Shown here: one piece after another, positions 49,645 through 57,578 of the stretch
Layout of the letters: the number at the start of each line of letters is the position of its first letter
Numbering within the stretch: position 1 is the first letter of the stretch
Assembly (NCBI GenBank): GCA_019057865.1
Contig: JAHLWP010000026.1
Span: forward strand, 1 to 57,578
Reading direction: 5' to 3'
Length of the DNA stretch: 57,578 bases
Source of the DNA: Promethearchaeota archaeon
GTDB taxonomy: Archaea; Asgardarchaeota; Lokiarchaeia; Sigyniarchaeales; SOKP01
Translations under genes and position numbers: made by a program
Notes under the pieces: generated by a model
Databases searched by the model: none
The model's input: only the letters and a program-made list of their open reading frames with translations
Told to the model about the DNA's origin: nothing

Positions 49645-50703
49645 TTGAAAGGAATTGTGATTTTAAATCTAGATAAAAAATCAGAACCGACCATAAATGC
49701 TCAATATCCACAAAATATTAGTGACGAATTAGGTGTTACAGATTCAATGCTGGCAACTGTCTTCGATGAACATAAAAGTGTAAGGACAGGTCCTAATTAT
49801 CTTGAAATGCAAATAAAACGGGATCTTAGTGTAGCAAGTTTCTTTACTGGTCATTCCTCAAAACACTTTATAGGGAAAGGAGATCATGTTATTACCGTCT
49901 TTCTTTCTGACGAGGATATACTCCCTAGAAATTTTGAAGGCCAAGTTAGAAGAATTGCTTTTGAATTGCTGCCTAAAAGAAAGGAAAAAGACTTCAAAAA
50001 TCTATTTGCAAAATGCTATGAATTATTAAATAAAGGAGAATTAGATGCATATTGGCAGGAACGACAGGAACTGGAGCAGGAGATAGTTGGAAAAAAAGAA
50101 AGAATAGATGATCTTGCTCAAAAAGTCTCTATGTTAGTATCTGATAGATCGGAACACCTTAGAAACGTTCAAGCATTAAAAAATGAAGTATCTGAGTTAT
50201 ACAATAAATTAGAAAATTGGAGTTTACAAATGGCAGATCTTAATGAATATAATGCAAATTTAACAACAAAAACAAGAGAATTAACTAAATTAACAAAGAG
50301 TCAAAAACAGGAATTAGAACAAAAGGATGATCAGATCATAAAATTAAGAAAAATCTTAAGAGATAAAGATGAAATTGAGGAAGGGGCTGAAAAATTACTT
50401 GAACAAATAAAAAGAGTTAAAGTTGAAAATGAAAATCTTAAAAACGAGATGGAGAAAATGAATAAAACAAATAAAGATTTAAAATTTCAAGTTTTAAAAT
50501 CAAATCGAGAGAGAGATTCCCATTTAGATACAATTACAGATCTAAAATTAGACATGAGAAATCTGAAAAAACAAATATCGTCTGAAGGAACTTCAAAAAA
50601 TAAATTGAATGAACAAATTATCGATTTAAAAAAAGAAGTAAAAGTTTTGAGAAGAGAGAGAGACCATTATCTAAAATTAGTGAAAAAACATAACCTCCTT
50701 TAA
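49645..50703 (+). CDS. Longin/uDENN-like N-terminal domain plus long coiled coil
   Basis: GIVILNLDKKSEPTINAQYP resembles the start of uDENN/longin domains; about 200 aa of heptad repeats follow. Confidence 0.6.
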   Translation: MKGIVILNLDKKSEPTINAQYPQNISDELGVTDSMLATVFDEHKSVRTGPNYLEMQIKRDLSVASFFTGHSSKHFIGKGDHVITVFLSDEDILPRNFEGQVRRIAFELLPKRKEKDFKNLFAKCYELLNKGELDAYWQERQELEQEIVGKKERIDDLAQKVSMLVSDRSEHLRNVQALKNEVSELYNKLENWSLQMADLNEYNANLTTKTRELTKLTKSQKQELEQKDDQIIKLRKILRDKDEIEEGAEKLLEQIKRVKVENENLKNEMEKMNKTNKDLKFQVLKSNRERDSHLDTITDLKLDMRNLKKQISSEGTSKNKLNEQIIDLKKEVKVLRRERDHYLKLVKKHNLL

Positions 50704-50926
50704 ATTATTAAAAAGCTTTTGTAAAAAAGTTTGATTTTCATTAGATTATGGAAAAATTTCCTATTTTCCTATTTTTCCTATGCCTTACTTGATGAATTTA
50801 AGTGAGAAAAAGTCAGTATTAATAAAAACATAATTTTTTATACTTCAAGTTTTTATTATTATAATAATTATAAGTTTAAATTGGATAATATCATATTAAA
50901 TATCAAAATAGGATTGGTGTATTAAA

Positions 50927-51048
50927 ATTTCAATTGATACCAAAAGTTTTGATAATATTCTCAGTAAGATTATAAAGAGTGAGAGCGGAATTAAAAAGGT
51001 TATTTTAGTTGATAGAACTGGATTAACCATTGCCAGAAAAAACTTATA
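50927..51048 (+). pseudogene. 5' fragment of a Roadblock/LC7 gene; not in ORF track
   Basis: SIDTKSFDNILSKIIKSESGIKKVILVDRTGLTIA matches roadblock helix1-beta1-beta2 (compare GVLAVAICDRNGFIIS in the 21404 ORF), then ends abruptly RKNL*. Confidence 0.7.
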
Positions 51049-51075
51049 AAAATAGAAATCCTTCTGAATTTAAAA

Positions 51076-51990
51076 TTATTCTGAAGATAAATTAATTTTA
51101 AAATTTTCTAAATAATTGGTAATCACTTTAAAATCCTTTTCAAACTCATTTATTTCGAAAGTGTCTTTAATCCTCTTTGCCCAACAATTACTATAAGCAA
51201 AATTATACTTGATATTCTCATCAAAGTTTTTCATTAGGAGATAACAAAAAAGTTCGGCTAATACTTCATTTTTGCCATAATCTTGTCTTATGTCTCCCGC
51301 AATCCTTAAAACCTCAATGCTAACAAAATGCCCAAGTTCGTGGAACACAGTATGAGATGATTTTTCGTATAAAATTATGACTTTTGTGAGGGGATCATAA
51401 CTGCCTTTCTTTTCTTGTTTTCTAAAATCTTCCTTAATCTTTAACTTTGGAAAATTGATCTTTACAAAAGCTAAAGCGATATTATAATCAATCTCGGCAT
51501 TTTTCATAATAACCTTATCAATTTCTTGTCGTTCTTTTAAGTAATTCTCATATTCTGTGGTTTGGGACATATCAAAGACATTCCCAATTTTGAAGTATCT
51601 TAAAATCTCATCTTTTTCTTCCTTATTTATATCCATATCTTTTTCCTTTTAATAGAAAATAGGTACTAGAACTTTGTAGCCTTTCGATCCCTTAACAATT
51701 GTTATGTCTTGTTTTTTCCAATTAAGAAAACTGTTTAAGATCCCTACAAATTTTGTATCTTGTCGTTGTTCTGCTTGTGCCATTACCATAAACATATTTC
51801 TTAAGCTGTATTTATGCATTTGCTTATAGCTAGCGATAATCCCAATAAAATCTTTTATTTTTTTTTTTTCCAAAAATTTAGTATAAAGTTCATATAATTC
51901 TTTCTTTTGTGCTTCCTTTTGTTGCTTGTATTGCTGTTTTTGTTCGGGTGTAAATGTTCTCTTTCCTTTAACTTGATTTTTAACTATCAT
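51076..51990 (-). pseudogene. ardC: ArdC-like antirestriction/ssDNA-binding protein with zincin HExxH domain, one in-frame TAA (51649-51651)
   Basis: YSLRN, SFLNWK...IVKGSKG..VLVP, then in frame *KEKDM...YFKIGNVFDMSQT, FHELGH, EVLAE. Confidence 0.75.
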
Positions 51991-52254
51991 ACTTATAAGG
52001 AATCAATTCACTAATTTAATTATTAATGGGTAAGCGATTTAATGATTTGTGAAACTCTATCTTCTTATGATTAATAAATTATCGCTCTTCTCAAATATTT
52101 TTTATCCTGAATTAATCAAAATTAAGAATTTATTGTCATTCTTACCAATAAGGGGAATAATAGATTATTTAATCATCCCTATATAATTATAATGAAGTAA
52201 ATGAGATAGAAAAATCATTCAATTTTCTTCCTGTGTCCTAAATTTTCTAAAAAT

Positions 52255-52485
52255 CTATAAAATTAACCCTAACTTTCTTAGAATCCAATCATCAATGATA
52301 AATTCTTGAAGTATCTTCAAATCTTTGGAATACACAGAATTAATGCTGTGTCGAGGGAAACAAATAAACTTCCCATTTGGCAATCTAATATTTACTGCTC
52401 TTGGCGTTCCTCTTACATAATATCCTTTTACAATCCTTTCTGGTCGATATGAATCTTGATCCTTTATTATAAAATTGGAATTCAT
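52255..52485 (-). CDS. Small hypothetical protein, SH3/OB-like beta content
   Basis: T.RAV.I......ICFPRHSI...FIIDDWILRK pattern; lies in the accessory region. Confidence 0.55.
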   Translation of the reverse strand: MNSNFIIKDQDSYRPERIVKGYYVRGTPRAVNIRLPNGKFICFPRHSINSVYSKDLKILQEFIIDDWILRKLGLIL

Positions 52486-52691
52486 AAATTACAAAAAACT
52501 ATCTTGAAACTTAAATCACGACAGTATAAGAGTTTATTATAATCATAATTTAATTATCTCCATGCTATTAATTAAAAATATTAATTAATTAGTAATAATT
52601 AATGGGAAGAATAAGATTGGTTATAGACTTCCCTTAAAGTATCAACAAGAAAGATATAAAGAGAAGCAAAAAAACAGGTTAAAAAGGTTCA

Positions 52692-54272
52692 TTATACTTT
52701 CTTTATGAGACGCCTACCTCTTCTCTTAAAAAACTCATTTGCCCACTTCTTATACTCAGTCATCCATTTATCATATTTCTGTTTAAATGGGGTATATATT
52801 CTTTTTCCTTCTCTATTTGCTTCCTCATCATTTAAAGTGTTATTTACCCTTCTTATTAAATAACTCCAAGAACGCAATAATAGAGATAGCTTCTCTCCAA
52901 GATAAATTTTGTGATTAATACAATATTTTTTCTTCGCCATCAGCGACGCAGGAGATGGAATATAAAACCGAGAATATTCATCAATATCGAATATACTCCC
53001 TCGTCTTAACCCTAATGTTTCCAATTTTAAAATCCTCATCTTTTTTGCAAAAGCATCGGGATTTTCCATCAGCATTTGGGGATGATTTTTTAATCTACTT
53101 TCATCTAAACCTACCTTATTTATTAAATATTCAAAATTTCTTGATAAAGTATCTGGATTCCTCCCAAGAAGTGAGGCTTGACTGGCTATTCTTTCTTTAC
53201 TAATTCCCATATTTCTTAAATGAGCATGATGTTCCTGAATAGTCTCAGGATTCATTGCAAGGAGACCGGCTGCTCTACTCACTCTCTCTTTATTAATTCC
53301 AAGACTTATTAAATTATCTAAATTTCTCTGAATTGTCTTTGGACTCATAGCAAGAAGATGAGCATAAGTATTTAACCTTTCTTTGCTAATCCCTAAATCT
53401 AAAAGACGTTTGTAGTTGGATTGAATTGTCTCTGGAGTCCAACTAAGAAGATTAGCATTTTTATTTATCTTCTCTTTTTTAATTCCAAGACCTATTAAAT
53501 GATAATAATTGTTTTCAATTTTCTCTGGATTTATAGTGAGAAGCCTGGCTTGACTTGCTATTTTCTCATCTTTAATTCCTAACTTTCTTAAATTATTATA
53601 ATGTTCCTTAATTATCTTTGGTCTAAATCCAAGAAGTTGAAAATGGCTTAATACTCCCTCTTTATGAATCCCTATACTTATCAAATAATCAAAATTTCTT
53701 TGAATAGTCAAGGGATTTCTTGCAAGAAGAGAAGGATAGCGATATATCTTTTCTTTCCTAACTCCAAGATCTAAAAGTCGAATATAATTACGTTGAATTG
53801 TCTCTGGATTCCGACTTAGAAGATTAGTACTTTTTATGATCTTTTCCTTACTGATCCCTAAATTTAATAGAAAATTGAAATGATTCATAATGGTCTCTAA
53901 TTTGTATCCAATAAGTCTAATTTGTTTTTGTATATCTTCTTTTTTAAACCCTAAATTCCTTAAATAATCATAGTCTCTCTGAACTGCCGTTAATTTATAC
54001 CCAAGAACATGTGGTTGACTTGCTATTTGTTTTTTGCTAAATCCTAAACTTCTTAAATAATTATAAATAATTTTAATTCTATTCAATTTTAATCCGAGAA
54101 GCTTAACTTGAACTGCTATCCTATATGGCTTTACACCTAAATCAAGCAAATAATTAAAAATATCTCGCATGTCACCTTTATCCTGAATCTTCCTTAGAAA
54201 ATAAAGACTAAACTCAGATACTCTTATGAAGTGCTCTCCTAATAATTCTTTTAATAAACTCTCAACTTCCAT
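52692..54272 (-). CDS. mTERF-like 31-aa helical repeat protein
   Basis: Twelve tandem repeats with consensus LGI.KE.I.....LL..NPETI..N...L..; highly basic. Confidence 0.75.
   Translation of the reverse strand: MEVESLLKELLGEHFIRVSEFSLYFLRKIQDKGDMRDIFNYLLDLGVKPYRIAVQVKLLGLKLNRIKIIYNYLRSLGFSKKQIASQPHVLGYKLTAVQRDYDYLRNLGFKKEDIQKQIRLIGYKLETIMNHFNFLLNLGISKEKIIKSTNLLSRNPETIQRNYIRLLDLGVRKEKIYRYPSLLARNPLTIQRNFDYLISIGIHKEGVLSHFQLLGFRPKIIKEHYNNLRKLGIKDEKIASQARLLTINPEKIENNYYHLIGLGIKKEKINKNANLLSWTPETIQSNYKRLLDLGISKERLNTYAHLLAMSPKTIQRNLDNLISLGINKERVSRAAGLLAMNPETIQEHHAHLRNMGISKERIASQASLLGRNPDTLSRNFEYLINKVGLDESRLKNHPQMLMENPDAFAKKMRILKLETLGLRRGSIFDIDEYSRFYIPSPASLMAKKKYCINHKIYLGEKLSLLLRSWSYLIRRVNNTLNDEEANREGKRIYTPFKQKYDKWMTEYKKWANEFFKRRGRRLIKKV
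53020..54140 (-). repeat. Coding tandem repeat, 93-bp period, with a 372-bp four-unit duplication
   Basis: TTGAATTGTCTCTGGA occurs at 53421 and 53793 (372 bp apart); repeats 4-7 pair with 8-11. Confidence 0.85.
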
Positions 54273-54356
54273 TTTTCTTTGTCACTATGTCTTTCTTAAT
54301 TAATTATATTTAAAGAAAAAAAAATAATATCTCGAACTCTCTATCCACTCTTTATT

Positions 54357-54842
54357 TCATAAATATTTATGCATTTCTCGAAATGTTGCTTTAGATAATT
54401 TCATCATATCTTTTACTTTGATCATCTCCATCCGAGAAAAATTAAAGTGATTGTTCCCTGAAATCTCAATCTTCCCTACTTGAGTGTTATCTAATTTTCG
54501 TCTGTAAAGGGTATCAAACTCAAGATAATCATATTTTTTATAAATCTCATAGGCTTCTTCAGGATTAGAAAATTGTTCTGACAATAAAATATCTAAATTT
54601 GCTGCAATGCCTTGATTAGATATTTCAAACTTAATCTGTCCAGTAAACTCGGATAAAAAAGGATGGGGAATAAACTGTTTACCCTCAATAAAAGATATAA
54701 AGTATAAAGAAGTTATAACGCATTTTAAATCCGAAAAAGAAACAATAAATTCGATCTCGGATACATCGGAAAGAAGCTCATCACTCTTACAAGCTTCAAA
54801 GAGTTCCATAAAGAAATTAAAATTATCTAAAATTCTCTTCAT
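54357..54842 (-). CDS. Hypothetical protein
   Basis: 161-aa ORF; the frame stays open about 50 nt further upstream, to a GAGGAG site. Confidence 0.6.
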   Translation of the reverse strand: MKRILDNFNFFMELFEACKSDELLSDVSEIEFIVSFSDLKCVITSLYFISFIEGKQFIPHPFLSEFTGQIKFEISNQGIAANLDILLSEQFSNPEEAYEIYKKYDYLEFDTLYRRKLDNTQVGKIEISGNNHFNFSRMEMIKVKDMMKLSKATFREMHKYL

Positions 54843-55151
54843 ATCATCTAAAACACAATGGAGCTTATCTTTTATGGAATAAGTTATTTTTAATCGTCTC
54901 CTCTTTTAAATTTTATCAAATGGTAAGGATAAGTGTATTTATGGGGTATTTAAATGATAATATTCAACAGAATTAGTAATTTGTGAAGAACTTCGAGTCT
55001 TATGAAATGTCTTACCGTATAATTAAAAGATTAATCTCTATAAGAAAATCACAAATAGTTTTTAGTGACTTTTATTATATATGAATTAGCACTAATAAAA
55101 ACTAAGAAACAAAATAAATATTGAATTATAAATAGATGGGAATTAGTCATT

Positions 55152-55583
55152 ATGAATATAAAACAAGCATTTTTAGGATCAGTGGCAATTGGGGGTTTTT
55201 TAGCTCTAAGTATATTATACTGGGCAATTTTCGATCATGGCGGAGTCTTATATATTACTGCTATTAGGTACAACGAATTTTGGTCAGAATTTATTTTTGT
55301 CCACATTTTCTTGGTTTCTTCAATAATATGTTTTAGTATGGAACTAATTTCTCATCTCAAGAAGAGAAAATTAAATAAATTAATATTTTTAATTAAAAAT
55401 AAAGGGGAAATGCAGTATTCTTCAATAAAGAAATTTCTTACTCATTTATTAGAAGAGCTTAATAATCAAGAAGAAATCTCTATAACAAACAAATTTAATG
55501 AATTTGGTTTTGAGAATGAAAAAAAATTCGAATACTTTCTTAGAATACTACAAAAACAAGGAGATCTAATTACTAAGGAATAG
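55152..55583 (+). CDS. Small membrane protein (2 TM plus soluble tail)
   Basis: Two hydrophobic segments followed by a charged helical domain. Confidence 0.6.
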   Translation: MNIKQAFLGSVAIGGFLALSILYWAIFDHGGVLYITAIRYNEFWSEFIFVHIFLVSSIICFSMELISHLKKRKLNKLIFLIKNKGEMQYSSIKKFLTHLLEELNNQEEISITNKFNEFGFENEKKFEYFLRILQKQGDLITKE

Positions 55584-55603
55584 AAAATAAAAAAAATTGA
55601 GAT

Positions 55604-56877
55604 TTAATATGCTTGTGGTCTTTTTTTAGTCCTTTTTATTAAGATATATATTACTCCTACAAGAGCAACTACTACACATCCAACTATGATATAGAGAACT
55701 AGTAAGTTAAAATCAGAAGGAGTTAAACTTGCCCCTACAACTGTTATTCTTACATGGTGATCAAAAGTATATGCATCATGATTAGAGGTTACGGCAGCAG
55801 GAACAGGAGGAAACTCAGAAATGTAATCATATGGGGGGGTTGCTCCAGGCAAAAAGAACCACGCACCAATATTAGTATTGAGCCTTAGATAATCAATTCG
55901 ATTAAAATAATCATATCCACCACTATGCCATGTCGGATCACAAGCAATCCACCCGATATCTTCAACATAATACTCAACCCAGGCATGACCCATGAAATTA
56001 TTTAAACCACCAGATGTGAGATAAAAATTAAATACTTGTCCCTTACTTGGATTTAAATTAGGATTATTCGAAATACAAATCCCAGTCACTTTTCGAGCAG
56101 GGATGTCTTGAATTCTCAATAATGTTACCATTAAACTAGAATACTCACTGCAATCCCCACGACCGTTATTGTATGCCCATAGAGCGCCCATCTCTTGTGC
56201 AGGTAAAGTTCCATCATACGTTAAGTAACTTGACACCCAATTACAAATCTTCTCCGCTTTCTCAACGGGATTGTCGTTTAAGACATCTACAATACTATTT
56301 GATGCTGTAATTAAAGCACCATTATTTCGTTCATAATAGGTCTCTGTATTATTACAATATAAATCAAAGATTTCATCTGACATATTATAAGTTCCTATAT
56401 CTGAATCACCAATATCTTGAAAGGTAATTGCATTTAGTGTGATGTTATATTTTTGAGATATCTTAATTTCCTCACCTTGAGTTAATGGTGTAGCGTTAAA
56501 TTGATCATAAGTATTGTTAAATTTATCTACAACACCTTTCTGTATTACATCATATCCAGTTATAGAATTATATAATAACTTGCTCTCTTGATATGGTGCG
56601 CAATAAGGTGTAAGAGGAGCATTCGGTTGACGGTCATCGAATCTGGCGACTTTGAAATAATAGTTTTGAGCTATAATGCTTGTGTGTGTTAATGTGTAAT
56701 TAACTTCAACTTGATACTTAACACTTTGAGTGACATTATATTTGGATACACCATTACTAGCAGATAAACCAATGGGTAGATTGAATTGCTATCAGATAAT
56801 GAAGGGATCATTAGTATTGAGGCTACCCAAGAACAACAGATCAAATATATAAAAAGCGTATGTTTTTTTAATCTCAT
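55604..56877 (-). pseudogene. Secreted, membrane-anchored transglutaminase-like protein with a frameshift near 56780
   Basis: GDCSEYS, GHAWVE, WIACDPTW triad; the 56383 frame is open to about 56790; signal peptide is in ORF 56689..56877; span 1274 nt (3n+2). Confidence 0.8.
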
Positions 56878-57111
56878 AATTCAACTTCAAACTTTAAATG
56901 TATTTATTAGATGTATAAAAGTTCCAGCATTTAATTTTATCCCTTGAAAAATCATCAATTATTAAAAATTAATGGGGGGTACTAATTAGAAAGATCTTCC
57001 TTTATTTAAAAAAAAGGGTAAAAAAAATTAATAATTTGGCACTTCTTGGAAGTTTAAATATACTATACTTTATTTACTTGTAAAAAGATAAAAATTAAAT
57101 AAAATAGAAAC

Positions 57112-57578
57112 ATGGAATTATCGAATCAATCCGAAGAAAAGAAATCCGAATCTATTGAACATTTAAGAATGAAGTTATATATTCAGGATAATCTTCCGAA
57201 CGACAATAATATAACAAAAATTGAATTGGAACGGATGATTGGCAATCGTAGAGCTGATCTTTACGGTGAGTTATCTGATGGCAAAAAATTCGTGATTGAG
57301 TTCCAACATACCAAAATAAGCCCAGAAGAACTAAAAGAACGTACCTTAGATTATAGTTGAAAGGGAATCTATGTTCTCTGGATTCTAAACGGTATTACCT
57401 ATAATAAATTATCTATGAATCAAGATGGGATTCTGGTATCAATAGAGGAGGAGCAATTGCAAAAAATGTATAAAGGGCGAGTTTATTACATGAACATGAC
57501 TAAAGATGGTTTAATAACACCTAATTGTCTTTCTCTTATTCCAGTATTAAATCTTATTGTCAAAAAATTGGATGTAAT
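57112..57578 (+). pseudogene. CoiA-like PD-(D/E)XK nuclease with in-frame TGA (57358-57360); runs off the window end
   Basis: ES.EH..MK, RRADL, VIEFQHTKIS..EL.ERT..Y, then *KGIYVLWIL continues the family pattern. Confidence 0.7.

Noticed and set aside
50757-50781. Short TTCCTATT tandem repeat downstream of the coiled-coil gene
   Set aside because: Only about three degenerate units; low complexity or terminator-like
1766-53203. Short ORFs antisense to or nested in long genes (e.g. 1766, 3255, 6766, 7322, 9791, 11030, 12610, 23221, 25425, 28377, 33559, 35575, 36915, 37254, 38962, 39805, 42819, 46149, 49017, 49325, 52955)
   Set aside because: They overlap well-supported genes, have shadow-like composition and show no motifs
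9387-56976. CCCATTAA upstream of several genes (9387, 52023, 52599, 56969)
   Set aside because: Distances to starts vary and the word also occurs within CDSs; in an AT-rich sequence it cannot be separated from chance without a statistical test
30313-57360. Alternative genetic code as the explanation for in-frame stops
   Set aside because: Interruptions involve all three stop codons plus frameshifts, and all three stops end intact genes normally
1-57578. CRISPR array, rRNA, IS/transposase
   Set aside because: No regularly spaced non-coding repeats, rRNA-like segment or transposase motifs seen by eye; the only tandem periodicity is inside coding repeats

Overview
AT-rich archaeal chromosome segment that looks like an Asgard (Lokiarchaeia/Promethearchaeia-type) genome. 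The assignment is inferred from a gelsolin-domain protein, a Roadblock-small GTPase fusion, longin-like domains, a Loki-CTERM-type tail, TBP and archaeal isoprenoid genes. The centre (31.3-44.2 kb) holds a near-complete 'modified archaeal' mevalonate/isoprenoid cluster: HMG-CoA synthase with a DUF35-like tail, class II HMG-CoA reductase, mevalonate kinase, two-subunit phosphomevalonate dehydratase, UbiD/UbiX, an IPK-IDI2 fusion, and trans- and cis-prenyltransferases. After it comes a co-oriented four-gene unit: scaffold-like protein, GCS2-family carboxylate-amine ligase, amidohydrolase, and longin/uDENN-coiled-coil protein. From about 51.0 kb an accessory region truncates a Roadblock gene and carries an interrupted ArdC-like gene and a 526-aa protein of twelve regular 31-aa repeats resembling eukaryotic mTERF motifs, which is the most striking feature. 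The left half has tupA, a coiled-coil/winged-helix pair with a kinase, decayed queC/queD, a disrupted GIY-YIG gene, a P1B ATPase, tRNA-Leu(CAG), two 7TM-longin proteins, two solitary DNA methyltransferases and a phosphatase/GH38 pair. Many accessory genes carry single stops or frameshifts that the ORF track splits or misses. All family calls come from reading motifs by eye; no searches were run.
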